A DNA stretch of 62,918 nt, filler included, from Octopus bimaculoides (taxonomy: Eukaryota): the NCBI RefSeq assembly GCF_001194135.2. It is 9 parts of 7 records of this genome, joined end to end, with 100 filler letters (N's around TTAATTAATTAA, not from the genome) between each part and the next. Parts side by side here need not be neighbours in the genome. Positions count along the whole stretch, not along the records: positions 1 to 19,704 come from NC_068986.1; 8 more parts are not named here. The stretch is one strand, 5' to 3'. The notes beneath the pieces are model-generated. The model was not told the origin of the DNA. It searched no databases and saw only the letters and a list, made by a program, of their open reading frames with translations. Position 1 is the stretch's first letter; every line of letters starts with the position of its first letter. Below, in pieces: positions 1-12,440 of the stretch. The position numbers and the translations under genes were made by a program.

Positions 1-525
1 AAATGAAATATTGCATTCACCTGTATAATGCATTCAGATATATAAAATAGAGTTCTGATTTAAAAACACTTTACAATAACTATAAGAACAATGTGAATGC
101 AATAAAGGTGAACTTCCAAAAGTTTGTGTTCTGACTGTCTCACCCCAACCTGTAAAAAGCAGGCTGTGAAAGCAATGTTTTGGTATTCTGTTGTAGGCCA
201 GATACGAAAGTGTAGCTTAGACAAAAGTGCTGGGAAGCAGCAGCAGCAGCAACAGCAGCAGCAGGCATTCTCATTTAGACTCAGATCACATTCAAGTGTT
301 TTTTATTTATTGAGTATTATCATCATCATTCCAGTTCTCTCTTCTCCCGCTAACAGAATGACAACTGGGTGCAGGGTGTTATGTAGCATGTTCTACACCC
401 TAGAGGGAGGGTAGAAGAAAGCAAGTGAACTCCAGGTAAAGAGAGAAAGGGACAAAAATATGAAATAAGAAGTCACGAAGAAAAGAAAATTTTGGAGAGG
501 AGCAATTGAATTCTGGGGATGAATT
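1..525 (-). other. Probable AMFR 3' UTR, containing a short (CTG)n-like repeat and a candidate AATAAA near 302-307
   Basis: Lies directly after the stop codon. Plus-strand cagcagcagcagcaacagcagcagcag at about 238-263, and tttatt near 302. Transcript end unknown. Confidence 0.55.
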
Positions 526-661
526 TCATGTGTTCTGAGGTTGCTGTTCTTGCATCCGTCGTCTTGCTGCTTGATATGCCAATTCTCTCATGTCTGAAGT
601 AATTGAATCATAGCCTTCCAAATCTTCACGGTTTGTTTCTCTCGGAACATTTAAGTAACGT
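526..661 (-). CDS. AMFR: AMFR terminal coding exon (VCP/p97-interacting motif)
   Basis: aatttacag|A CGT TAC ... ACA TGA. RYLNVPRETNREDLEGYDSITSDMRELAYQAARRRMQEQQPQNT*. RELAYQAARRR fits the VIM consensus RX5AAX2R. Confidence 0.93.
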
Positions 662-1384
662 CTGTAAATTAGAGAAAGAATTTTACTGAAATTTTTTTTG
701 AAGAAAAAAAAAAAAAACGCAAAAAAATTACAAAGAAACGTCAGTGAAATAACCAACCTAAATAATTACTAAAAGAACTTAAATCTAAGAATTAGAGAAA
801 ACTCTCGTGCAAATTAGTTCTGTTAAAAATTTGTAAGTAACAACAGAATATGAAATAGATTATTTACTGTTGCTTTACACAGAAAATAAAAAAAAGAAAC
901 AATAATAATTAGTACTTTGTAAATATCACTTTCGAATTGGAAAAGCTAATCTAAGACCTCTTAAAATAATTTTCTAATATACACTGACAAACAATGCTCT
1001 TCAGCAGTAGTGGAAGTTACATCTACTTAAGGCAACAAATTGTTTCTTTCATCAAGAACATTGCTATGGGGCATGCCAGACACTTGCAAATACAGCTTTA
1101 ACAGGCCACAAATGAAAGATAACCAAACATAGTGTTACATGGCATGTATGGAATTTTAACTTTCACCATTCTCTTTCTGATATATTGACAGCATCAACAT
1201 GGTAGATCCCAGTATGACACAGGAAATGAGTAAGCACATCATGCTTTTGCCTTTAACCACCACCACCAATGACTCAGAGATCACCAGGGTCTTGAATGTA
1301 GCCAGGTCTTTTATGTTCAAGGTCCGGAAAAAGAGTGTGTGTGTGTGTGTGTGTATGTGTGTATATATATTCTTTTACCTATTT

Positions 1385-1452
1385 CAGTCATTTGACTGTG
1401 GCCATGCTGGAGCACCGCCTTCAGTCGAATAAATCAACCCCAGCACTTATGG
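1385..1452 (-). mobile_element. SINE family A 3' tail fragment
   Basis: tcatttgactgtggccatgctggagcaccgcc also occurs at about 41338, 47745 (opposite orientation) and 50590. Confidence 0.6.
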
Positions 1453-2045
1453 AGGTGAGTGTATTTGTTCTGCGTGCACAACTGCTTGCTACCATGTGCT
1501 TTTGCTGTCACCAGTTGAACAAAAGGTGATACTTGTGTACATCTCCAGTAAACAGTAAGTTTATAGCTTGGCAGTTTCATTGGTTTCAACATGTAAAAGA
1601 AAGACCCCCTTCGGTCATAGAAAGTTACCCTCTGAGGCACAAGTCCGGACAAGGTTGTTTATGGAAGACCAGCACTCACCCATGCATGCCAGCTTCCCTT
1701 CTCTACATCACTGATGTTATCCAAGGGAAAGGCAAAGGCCAATACAGCTCGGTACCAGTGACATCGCAACTCATTTCAACAGCTGAGTGAACTGCAGCAA
1801 CATGAAAAATAAAGTGTCTTGTTCAAGAACACAACACACAGCCCAGTCCAAGAATCAAACTCACCACCTCAAAACCACTGGAATAAAAACACCTAACATG
1901 AAAAAACAAGTAAAAGTTGGCAACAAGAACATCCAACCATAGAAAACTGCCTAGCTAAATTGTCTAACCCATGCCAGTCTGGAAACAGTAGACACAGAAC
2001 AATGACATCACACCTAGGTTTATTTTAATTGTAAAATTGAATCAC

Positions 2046-2162
2046 CTTCTGGCATTTTCCAGCATATTGTTTTTTCTCTGTTGTAACATCCCTTCTCTTT
2101 CACTTGCTGACTTTGAGAATCTTCCTCCAGTACACGTAGATGTAGGGAAGTCATCATGGGAA
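2046..2162 (-). CDS. AMFR: AMFR exon (G2BR, Ube2g2-binding region)
   Basis: ggttttag|T TCC CAT ... AGA AG|gtgatt. 117 nt, SHDDFPTSTCTGGRFSKSASEREGMLQQRKNNMLENAR, which resembles gp78 RFSKSADERQRMLVQRK. Confidence 0.94.
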
Positions 2163-2315
2163 CTAAAACCAAAATTGAGATGTAAAAAAAAAAAAAAAAA
2201 AAAATTCAATCGAAACGAAATTTAAGACTCAAATAACAATCATGTTAAAATTATCTCATTAAAGGTATTTTAAAAATGTTCAATTTTGGAAAAGGAGATG
2301 AGGATGTTACGTTAC

Positions 2316-2656
2316 CTGCTGGATGAAGAAGCTGAATCAGAAACGGATACAAGAGATTGTTGACGAAATGAATGGAAACTTTCAGCTGAAGACAGTTCCA
2401 TGCTGCTGCTGAGTAGAGGTGTGCTGTGTGGCGCCACCACTGCAGAAGTGGAAGGGATATTTGTGAGGTCACTGACACCGTTCTTGAATGGAGCATCCAT
2501 CTGTAAAGAATTGATGTTCTCCTCACTGGGTACCTGGTCTAGGTCCTCACTGACAACTGCAGCAGCAGTCTGAACATCATGTTGTTCATTCAGAGTAGCA
2601 GATGATGCAGAAGGGGTTGAAATGAGGGTAGAAGAAGAGTTTGCTGACAGGGATGG
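2316..2656 (-). CDS. AMFR: AMFR exon (Ser/Thr-rich low-complexity linker)
   Basis: ctctctccacag|CCA TCC ... AGC AG|gtaacg. 341 nt, open frame, phases 0 and 2 match the neighbouring exons. Sequence is poorly conserved, so support is structural. Confidence 0.85.
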
Positions 2657-3520
2657 CTGTGGAGAGAGACAGAGAGAATAAAACAGAGGCAATGATTAAT
2701 ATATGCATAATAAAAAATACTCTGTGTGTGTGTATGTATCATCACCCATATCAACATCTTTATTATAACATCCATTCTTCTAATGCTTGCATGAGTCAGT
2801 TGTTGAGACGTATTTTTGTTACTCCTGGATGCCCTTCCTGTCACCAACCCTCACTTGTTTCCAACAAAGGTAATATTTTCCCATGACCAATCAAGTTTTT
2901 CAGGAAAGTTAGGAAATGAATGATACCATTTGTATGACAGACATGCTTGTGTACAATTATCAAATAGTCAAGACAAACAAGCAACACACACACACACATG
3001 TTGAAGAATTGCTATTTCAAATGAAGTAGCACAATGGTTAACTGATGCTTAGAACTCCATGTAAATCCAAATTCAAATCAAGCATTAGACATCTGTCTTC
3101 CCATTTTCTTTCGGGATTATGTAAATAAATTTGAATAATTTATAGAGTATTTATCCAAGAGCAGAATAAAACAGATTTAGTTTATCATTTTCTTATAATA
3201 TCATTTTTATGGGTTTCATTAGCGAATACTAGTATGTTGTGTGGTAATCATTAGATAGACTATTGCAACACCTTGAAACACCTGATATTCAGAAGAAAAT
3301 AGTAATTTAATCCATAGTTATTTACCAATCTCAGTTGCTCAGCAATGCTAAATAAGAACAGCTCAGACTAGCAAATTAAGGTCCTTGCTAGTCACTCACA
3401 TAGTCAACCATATTCATTGGTATCAATTATATTTACCCAGTTCTGTAATCTTTATAAACTAAAAAGATCACAGCTTTTAAGGAATCAGTATAAAAAACAG
3501 AAAAGATTTGAATGACTTAC

Positions 3521-3646
3521 TGTTGGTATGGTTACACGTCCTTCCAGGATGTTGTCAATAGTGTGATCAACAGATCTTGTGATACGCAAGTCATCATTGA
3601 TGACATTCAAAGGAATGTGAGGAAACACCAAGTGAACTTGACGAGC
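3521..3646 (-). CDS. AMFR: AMFR exon (CUE ubiquitin-binding domain)
   Basis: cttaaag|GCT CGT ... CCA ACA|gtaagt. 126 nt, ARQVHLVFPHIPLNVINDDLRITRSVDHTIDNILEGRVTIPT (FP..P and RSV..T.DNILEGR CUE motifs). Confidence 0.95.
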
Positions 3647-4729
3647 CTTTAAGAATAGAAAAAGAATTAATTAAATAATGTTTCCGATTACATTATTTAT
3701 GTTTTGTAAAACACGAAACAAATAAGATTGATAATTAAAACTATAAACATGCACACTCAAAACACACATCATAGAGATGAGGGCAAAACGAATAAACTGA
3801 ACAGGTTGAAGTTTTAATCTTTGCCATCCAGTTTCACATCCAGGCTCACTTTACAGGGATAGATTCTGCAAAGCTGTGTACTTGCATATGAATTGTTTGA
3901 GCAAGTCTGGATGCTTGTATTTAGAGAAATAGATAGATGGTGAGACATATATCAATACAGAGAGAGACACAGATATATAAATAAGGATAGTTTAGCTTCA
4001 CTAGCATAAAATTTAAAATAGATTTCAGCATTAACAAATTGAGAAGGTCTGAGATTTCATTTTTTTTAATTTTAATTTTTTTTTATTAAGAGCAGCATAA
4101 ACAAAAAAGTTCACGACCTATTTCCTGATTTAAATCTGACCAACGGGTTAAGTTTCTGAAGAAAAATATTCGAATTTGGGAAATAAGGAAATATAACAGA
4201 CTGGTTTTAGTTATTTCTAATAAAAATTAAAGCAGTACATTGGTGGCATTGTTAGAGAGTCAAATAGAATGTCTCGCACAGTATCTTCCAACTCCCTGCA
4301 TCACAAGTTCAAATCGCATTGAGGTCAACTTTATCTTTTGTCTTTTTAGGGTCAACAGAAAAATATCAGTTCGAGGTGGTGGGTTAATGGAACTAAGGAC
4401 ATCAGGCTATATGCCTTTTAGTATTTGTTCTGGTTCTTTGACTTGAGTTTTGCAAAAGCCAATTTGGATGGTTGACTGAACTCAGCACCCAGTTTAACAT
4501 TACCATCTTGTCTTTAGGTGTTTTTAAGGGAGTACACTATTACATGCATTTGGAGCAGGTCTCCAGTTTGAGGATACCTTACTCCCTCCCTCCAACAAGT
4601 CCCTGAGGCTCCTGTAAAGGGTTACAAGCACTGCCTTCCCTTCTGACAAAAAGATTAAAAAAAAAAAGAAAAGAAAAATATTAAGAAAAATTAAAATGGT
4701 CAACAATGAGAACTCTTAAAATACTTTAC

Positions 4730-4836
4730 CATGCTATCCACTACAGAGGTTTGAGCGGCAGGCAGCCTGCTGGGTAAAAGTTGGGTATGTGTGACTTCAA
4801 CAGAGAAACTTGGTAACCAGCTGACATATCGCGAAC
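4730..4836 (-). CDS. AMFR: AMFR exon (GSRYVSWLPSFSVEV motif)
   Basis: ttcttcag|GT TCG CGA ... AGC ATG|gtaaag. 107 nt, GSRYVSWLPSFSVEVTHTQLLPSRLPAAQTSVVDSM. Confidence 0.95.
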
Positions 4837-5204
4837 CTGAAGAAGGAAGCAGCAAATTCTTCAATCAGTAAAACACTTCAAACAATGACAAACAACAAAA
4901 CAACTTTCATTTGATGATGAGTTTGTAGAAACCAAAGTGTGATTCTTCATTGGTTTTTTTTTTTTCCTTTGTTTCTTTGACAAAAATTCTTTATTCTAAT
5001 GAATATTGTATTTCACCTCCTAACATACGAGAGAAAGAGACAGAAAATGGAATTCCCAAGATTCCTTATTAATCACTGTATGAATTCCATTTTCTGTCTC
5101 TTTCTCTCATGTTATAAACTCTACAGGCACAAAGGAATCACTCAAGTAGACCCAATGGAGCTTCTATTCATACTGTTGATGAGGACATCAGGTAGCCAAA
5201 TACA

Positions 5205-5400
5205 GTGAATGGGTTTTAAATGGCATACTACCAGGTGTGTACCCAAATTTAAAACATGGGATGAAGTGGTGGGGACTGATCTTAGGATGCTAGGGCTTAT
5301 GGAGGAAATGACAATGGACCAAGATGTTTGGCGGTATGAGGTTCTTGAGAAGATCCATCCATGAAACTGAGTGCTAGAAGAGTTGTGTCCCACCCACATG
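5205..5400 (+). mobile_element. RTE-like LINE 3' end fragment
   Basis: Translates to KTWDEVVGTDLRMLGLMEEMTMDQDVWRYEVLEKIHP, resembling the RTE C-terminal (GRP)KTW.EVV..DL..LGL...M..DR..WR motif. Confidence 0.55.
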
Positions 5401-7799
5401 TAGCAACACCCTTTTCACCCACTCTACCCTAAGAAACCAAACTACAACCCCTCTTCTAAATTGCATCTTTCTCTCCCTCATATTTCCTCTTCATAAACTA
5501 TGATTGCTTTCCAATCCCCTTTCTTGCCCCCACTGCCCTGCTCACTGTGTCACTACTCCCCAACACCCACACCCTATGTTTCTACCCACATTCTGTGCTC
5601 AGATCCTTTTCCAACATTACAATATGCATATTTATCTCCCTTATTCAACTGCATGCCATTTAAGTCTAAGTTCTCAACTTGGCAAAATTCCATGTCCTCT
5701 CATTGATAGAATAGCTCCGTGTTTTCAAACATATCCTGCATGCAAGTTTATTTCCAACTTGAACTAAACTGTCTACTGAAATCCAAGATACACATGTTTT
5801 CACCCAACATATATTAGCAGCAAAGATTAAAACCGTTTTGTCCTTATTGATTACTAACAGTAAGTTCTATCCGTTCTTTAAATCCCCTGCACTATTATCA
5901 GCTTGGCCAGTTGTTGCCAATTGTCTCTGCATTTGGAATATTTCAACAGGATGTATAAAATATCAATTCATGCATAGACAACGTGTACCAGCCAGGCAAA
6001 TAGGTGAAGATTCAAACATCAAATATTATATACAAGGAAAGCAACATAAATCAGAATGGTTATGTCTTTTAGTTCTATTTCTCTTAACAAGAACAAAACT
6101 TAATTATGAGAAATGGTAACATTTTGAGTTAGAAGTTCAGAAAATGTGACCAGCATGGCTGCATTGTTTAATTTCAAACAATCACTGGAAGGTTATAAAG
6201 CTTGATCTAAATGGACTATTTTGGCTAATTGTCACAGCTGAAGACATTAAGATTTCAATAGGCACCGTGACAACACTATCAGTAATTTCAGTGGGAGAAC
6301 CGACTCACATAAGGTGTTCTCTCTCTGATGAATTCATATCTTATTCAGTTAAATTCTTCTGTGCTCCGTCAATTTCATAAAGTCATGTTTCTAATTTGTA
6401 TATAGAACTTAAAATGAGTGATTACCAAAATATTCAAGAAGTAATGAATCCTAGAAAAGCAAGAGAGAGAAACTCAATCAGGTGTGGTATGTACTTTCAT
6501 TTTCTTTTGAACACAGAAGTAAAAATGATACCAAGCAACACAAGATCTTGGAGGGTTTATATAAGCCATGAGCATAGCCTTGAGACCAAACCAGTTAAAC
6601 CAATAAATACTCATGTTTCTGATATGAGAATATCAGTATCAACATGTGAGATATTATTTCTCATAGCAGAATATACTCTCTTTTGCTACCATACAGTAAT
6701 GTACTCAGGTATTTCTTGAGGGATTGCACCTACCTAGTATTTTAGGACTTATTTCTAAGCTCAAATGTTGCTTCTAGAGCAGCAAAAAGTTCTAATGAAT
6801 ATATTTGGACTACAATCAAAATAGATCATTTTAAGGACTCTTGAAGTTGCATCTAAATAAGGAAACAAAAACGTCTCCTTTATTACTACATTGTTTCACC
6901 AATATATCTGGAAGTTGCTTTCATTTTAATTCACTTGAAAGTGAGCAATCTGTGGATATTATCAAATTCTACAAAACACTGCTAATAAGGTAAGCAATAT
7001 ATCTGATTTCTGGGGAGAGGGTAAGTTCATTATATCGAACCCAGTGTTTATCAGTACCCAAAGGGATGAAAAAGCAAAGTTGGTAGAACCTGAATTCAGA
7101 ATAAGGGGATGGACATAATGTTGATAAGCTATTTTGCTCAGCATGCTAACAATTCTGCCAACTTGCCACCTTACGGTAAGCAATACATTGATAACCAACA
7201 TTGAATTTGTTGTTATAAAGACCTATAATGAATTTACTTTAGAAATAAAGAATTCTGCCCAATGAAAATACATTTTTTTTTTCACTAAATGAAAACAGAA
7301 TGGGGCAAAATACTAAGTCACCTGTCAACTCACTGAATCAACTTGTAAAAAATACTATGAACCAGTTAAATCTTATTTTCTTTCACAAAGAGTTGTTTCC
7401 TCCACAATCTATTATTTTCTGCTCACCAGATCCATGATGGCAGCCTCTAATGACTTCTTGGCACTGTGGGGCTGCATACAACCTTCTCCTACCTTGGCAA
7501 GAGAGAAATATTGGCATTCACAGAAGTAGCTACAATACTGTCAAGCTTTGGATTTCCAACATTATATTTTTAATGGTAAAATAATAAGTGTTATGCAGCT
7601 CATAAGATATGACTTTTAAAAAGTTAAGTTCAAATTGGGATTCTGTAAAAATGCTTGGATTCTGCGGTATAGCTCCATATGTTACTGCAGGAAATTCACA
7701 GCATTGTTCTTATTGCTTGTTCCATCTCGAGCCATACCTGGCTAATAAGGGCTGGTTTCCCAGTTTCATTGGCATATAGGTTCCCCATCTGGATGGGAT

Positions 7800-8007
7800 G
7801 CCAGTCCATCACAGGTGAGCTGCTAGATGCAGGAGGAAAGAGTGAGAGAAAGTTGTGGCGAAAGAGTCAGCAGAAGTTCGCCATTACCTTCTACCGGAGC
7901 TTAGGTGTTTCACTCATAAACACACACATCGCCAGGTTTGAGATTTGAACCCGCGATGCCTCGACCACAAGTTTAATGCTCTAACCACTAGGCCATGTGC
8001 CTCCACA
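7800..8007 (-). mobile_element. tRNA-derived SINE family D, partial
   Basis: Reverse complement of the ggaggcacatggcctagtggttagagc...ggttcaaatc head and the gtgtttatgagtgaaacacctaagctcc body also seen at 31105. Confidence 0.65.
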
Positions 8008-8534
8008 ATTCACAGCACTAGAGGTATATATTCTTTTTGAGGAAATCTTTGCACACTGTTTTAGCTATCCACTCACACACAACTTACAACAATTACAAAT
8101 TTCTGTGTCCCACATTGATTCCGAAGATTCAGTAACCATGGTACAATATGAAAAGTAATGAATGTTAACATTTCATGTAGTGCTCACTGTTTATATATTA
8201 CCAGCTCTACATACTAAAAGAGATGATAGTTTAGGCCATTATAAATCATAAAATCCAATACTAGAAAAGGGAATTCTGTTCAAAGCTAGACTTAAAGGTG
8301 ACCCTCATTCTCAAGCAGCTTGGAACCAATTTATAACAAGCAGTTACAATCTTGAGCATAGTTAATTTACATGACAAAAGCATTGTCATGGGAATTGCAG
8401 TGTTTTGAGTTTGAAAATAATTATTAGAGAAATTCTTTGTACAAAAACGTTTCCCAGTCAAAATATATTGGACACGAAACTCGGCTTGCAATGATCTATT
8501 GGGACAAGCGAAAGCAAAATTGTCATGGCACCTG

Positions 8535-8880
8535 TGCCCAGCATCGCCTTTCTGGCACTTGTGCCGAATGGCACGTGCAAAGACATTTGAGCGAGATCGT
8601 TGCCAGTGTCGCTGAACTGGCTCCTGTGCAGGTGGCACGTAAAATACACCATTTTGAGCGTGGCCGTTGCCAGTACTGCCTGACTGGCCCTCGTGCCGGT
8701 GGCACGTAAAAGCACCCACTACACTCTCGGAGTGGTTGGCGTTAGGAAGGGCATCCAGTTGTAGAAACTCTGCCAAATGAAATTGGAGCCTGGTGTAGCC
8801 ATCTGGTTCACCAGTCCTCAGTCAAATCGTCCAACCCATGCCAGCATGGAAAGCGGACGTTAAACGACGACGATGATGAT
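8535..8880 (+). mobile_element. SINE family C with internal ~65-nt tandem modules and (GAT)n tail
   Basis: ggagtggttggcgttaggaagggcatccag...catggaaagcggacgttaaacgacgacgatgatgat. Other copies at about 10070 (-), 15950 (+), 19100 (+) and 19457 (-). Confidence 0.75.
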
Positions 8881-9486
8881 GTATTTAATCAAAAAATATC
8901 CAACATCAAGTAAACACGTTTAAACAATTTGAACAATTTACTGTAACATTTACAGCTTTAGAGTAAAGATGTGAAATATTCTTGTGACACACTGGTAGAT
9001 TCATTAGAGCAACAGAGAGAATACCTTGTGGTATTTGTTCTGACATTCAGTGCTCTGAGTTCAAATCCAGTCGGGATCAACTTTGGCATTCATTCCTTCA
9101 GAGTCAACAAAACAAGTATCAATCCAGGGCAGTGGACTAGCAGAATTGTAAGGACATTAGGATCAGATGCCTGGTGGTATCTGTTACATCTCATTGCATT
9201 CTAGCTTCAAATCCCACCCTCATCTACATAATCCATCACTCAGTTTAACACCATCGCCTGCCACCTTGGGTGCCGTTAGTGGCATCTTCTGTTGCAAGCA
9301 TTCAAACAAGGCCTCCAGTTTAAGAATACCGCCTTCTCCCCCACTTTCCCTCAAGTCTTGGAGGCTCTGTGAGGGGGTCATGGGTACTGCATTTCTTCTT
9401 GTCTAAAAGATAATAATAACAACAGCAATCATATTTATTCAAACTCTAATTTTTTTTGAAAAATGTAATAATTGATGCTACTTTAC

Positions 9487-9671
9487 CATCAAAATGGAAG
9501 AAATGGTTGGTTGTCTGCTGATTAGCTCCAGGTGGTTGTGGAGGGTTGTTTTCAGGAGTTTCTTCAGTTTCAGGCCGGTTGCTATTTGTCTCGTTGTTGG
9601 ATCGATTATTTAACATAGTTCTACAGGTTGGACAAGATGTATCCTGTTCTAACCAAGATCTCAAACAAGAA
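9487..9671 (-). CDS. AMFR: AMFR exon (RING-H2 C-half and linker)
   Basis: cattacag|T TCT TGT ... GAT G|gtaaag. 185 nt, (H)SCLRSWLEQDTSCPTCR...TTNHFFHFD. Confidence 0.96.
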
Positions 9672-10509
9672 CTGTAATGATAATAATAATAATAATAATA
9701 ATAAGGGACATCAAAAGATTGCTTGCTGAGACAAATAAGAGAAATACAACGATGAAGATGAAAAACATTCAACTTTTTGTCTGATCTTTAACTACACAGT
9801 AAATATAACTTGTTATAATTTATTGCTAACACAAAAAGTGCAGACATCTATGTGGATATGGAATTTGCTTAGTAATCACATAGTCTCAAATTCTATCAGA
9901 CTGTCTGGTGCATAGGGTAAGTGTCTTCTATGAATGTTAATGAAGGTTAACAAAATTTTGTGAGTAGATCTGATGAATAGAAAGTGCATGGAGGCCCGCT
10001 GCATATATGTGTGTATAAGAGTGTGTATAGGAATGTTTACATTCTGCATTGTCATCGTCATGATGATGATGATGATGCAGATGTAGATGCAGAACGTCAA
10101 CTTTCCATACTGGCATGGATTGGACAGCTTGACAGGAAGTCAAAGGCCAGGGGACACACCAGGTTCCAACAAGTAAATGTTGGGCTAAAAATGGTAACAT
10201 TTATTGACATACCCTGCAACAAAATTGTTTTCCAGCTCTGCTCTTTCAATAATGATTGCAATAAGAAATCCCTTATTTGAAAAACAGATACGGGTGAGCA
10301 ACAAGAAAGGCATTTGGCTGAAAATAATTCCTGAATAATTTGTTCATCCACCTCATACTTGCATCGCTGGATATGAGAGACAACCCAGGAAAAAATGTTT
10401 AGCCTAAAGTGGTCATTGTTAGACCATGTTTGGCGTGTACTTGTGTCCCAACTTAGATTGCCTGGTTAAAGATGATTAGGGACCCAGACATTCTGGGAGA
10501 AAAACTACC

Positions 10510-10720
10510 TCCAAATTTGGCACAAAGCCAGCAATTTTAGGGCAAGGGTGTCGGTTAATTACACCGATGCCAGTAATTGATTGGTATTTTATTTTATTGA
10601 CCTCGAAAGGATGAAAGGCAAAGCTGACCTCTACAGGATTTGAACTCAAAATATAAAGAGCTGGTAGAAATGCTGCTAATCATTTTGTCTAGCATGCTAA
10701 TGATTCTGCCAACTTGCCAC
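10510..10720 (-). mobile_element. tRNA-derived SINE family B (Deu/Nin-domain-like core)
   Basis: Reverse complement reads gtggcaagttggcagaatc...gagttcaaatcc...tttgcctttcatcctttcgaggtcaataaaa. Many copies in the window. Confidence 0.7.
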
Positions 10721-10919
10721 TTTATTCTTGTATGTGTGTGTGTGTGCGGGGTAGGTAATTATACATTAATGTCTGATCTAAAGGCAAATTTTTCATGCCT
10801 GCTTAATGAACAAACAATTTAAATAGAAGCTTGTGGTTTGTGAAATGAATAGACTATTTGACTTTCTAAAATAAAAGATTCATTCACATGACCAAACATT
10901 ATAAACAAGATAAACTTAC

Positions 10920-11030
10920 TGGTGGAAAAGATGACCACAAGGCAATTTGCGAGCATTTTCCATTTTTTCCCAGCAGATAGCACAGTCATCATTGCAATTT
11001 TCCAGATCACTGGCACTTGCCATTGGAAAT
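10920..11030 (-). CDS. AMFR: AMFR exon (RING-H2 N-half)
   Basis: ttttatag|A TTT CCA ... CAC CA|gtaagt. 111 nt, FPMASASDLENCNDDCAICWEKMENARKLPCGHLFH. Confidence 0.96.
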
Positions 11031-11271
11031 CTATAAAAATATGAAATAGAATAAATAAAATTTCAATCTTTGATACATAATTCAAATTATAATTTAAATA
11101 GAGTAAAAATAAATTTTGATTATCAACTAAATTTAAAAAAACTGAACCACATCTACAAATAGATTTGTTTAGTTATAAATCTAATTGCAATACAAAAACA
11201 GGAAAATGCATTTATGCTTGATAACGAGATTAATTGATTTACCATATTTACAACTTAACATGGGTACTGAC

Positions 11272-11405
11272 CTTGCTTCCATGTTGCGTACCACTTTGAT
11301 GTAGTTTTTGTGTCGCTTGATCCTTCTCTGGAACTCATGGAACAAGTAACGCAGTTGCATGAAAATCACCAAACTAGCCATACTCAGGAAAATCTTACCA
11401 TAGAG
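11272..11405 (-). CDS. AMFR: AMFR exon (last TM segment and pre-RING helix)
   Basis: ctctccag|CTC TAT GGT ... GCA AG|gtcagt. 134 nt, LYGKIFLSMASLVIFMQLRYLFHEFQRRIKRHKNYIKVVRNMEAR, close to the gp78 consensus. Confidence 0.96.
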
Positions 11406-12440
11406 CTGGAGAGAATGGTAAAATAATGTTAATTTACTACCGAAGTTATAGTAATAGTATGTGAAAAATAACAACATCTGTGCATGTATGTGCATGTGCT
11501 CGCATGTAATATATATATATATAAACAATATATGAGTATATGCATATATATGTACATGTATGTATATACGTTCATCCACATGTACATATAGATACATAAC
11601 TGGGTACATGACGTGGCAAAAGAACAAGGACAAAAATGGTAAACAAGGTGCAACAAACAATGNNNNNNNNNNNNNNNNNNNNNNNNNNNNNNNNNNNNNN
11701 NNNNNNNNNNNNNNNNNNNNNNNNNNNNNNNNNNNNNNNNNNNNNNNNNNNNNNNNNNNNNNNNNNNNNNNNNNNNNNNNNNNNNNNNNNNNNNNNNNNN
11801 NNNNNNNNNNNNNNNNNNNNNNNNNNNNNNNNNNNNNNNNNNNNNNNNNNNNNNNNNNNNNNNNNNNNNNNNNNNNNNNNNNNNNNNNNNNNNNNNNNNN
11901 NNNNNNNNNNNNNNNNNNNNNNNNNNNNNNNNNNNNNNNNNNNNNNNNNNNNNNNNNNNNNNNNNNNNNNNNNNNNNNNNNNNNNNNNNNNNNNNNNNNN
12001 NNNNNNNNNNNNNNNNNNNNNNNNNNNNNNNNNNNNNNNNNNNNNNNNNNNNNNNNNNNNNNNNNNNNNNNNNNNNNNNNNNNNNNNNNNNNNNNNNNNN
12101 NNNNNNNNNNNNNNNNNNNNNNNNNNNNNNNNNNNNNNNNNNNNNNNNNNNNNNNNNNNNNNNNNNNNNNNTGTAATATATATATATATAAACAATATAT
12201 GAGTATATGCATATATATGTACATGTATGTATATACGTTCATCCACATGTACATATAGATACATAACTGGGTACATGACGTGGCAAAAGAACAAGGACAA
12301 AAATGGTAAACAAGGTGCAACAAACAATGTTTTGAGCCTATGCTCTTTGACAGGAAGAAATAAGAGGAAATAAATAGAGAGAGAATGAAAAAAACGTTGA
12401 ACTCAGTGGTCCAATATATGATATATATATGATATATATA

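Noticed and set aside
124-414. 96-aa poly-Gln ORF
   Set aside because: It is antisense to the AMFR 3' UTR, has a non-ATG start and is driven by a CAG microsatellite.
8261-8776. 171-aa minus-strand ORF and overlapping ORFs
   Set aside because: They lie in SINE family C, and the same peptide (AEFLQLDALPNANHS) recurs at 19533 and 15868.
11181-12327. Long ORFs in the track containing X runs or YI/CV/HT/V/T repeats (also 21.7-22.4, 33.0-33.8, 37.5-38.5, 39.0-39.4, 40.7-41.2, 46.9-47.5 and 52.4-53.0 kb)
   Set aside because: They are artefacts of N gaps and of di- or trinucleotide microsatellites.
11503-12329. ~160-bp exact direct repeat (11503-11662 and 12172-12329)
   Set aside because: The copies abut the two sides of one gap, so this is probably an unmerged contig overlap. 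The same applies to 31160-31198 and 31209-31247.
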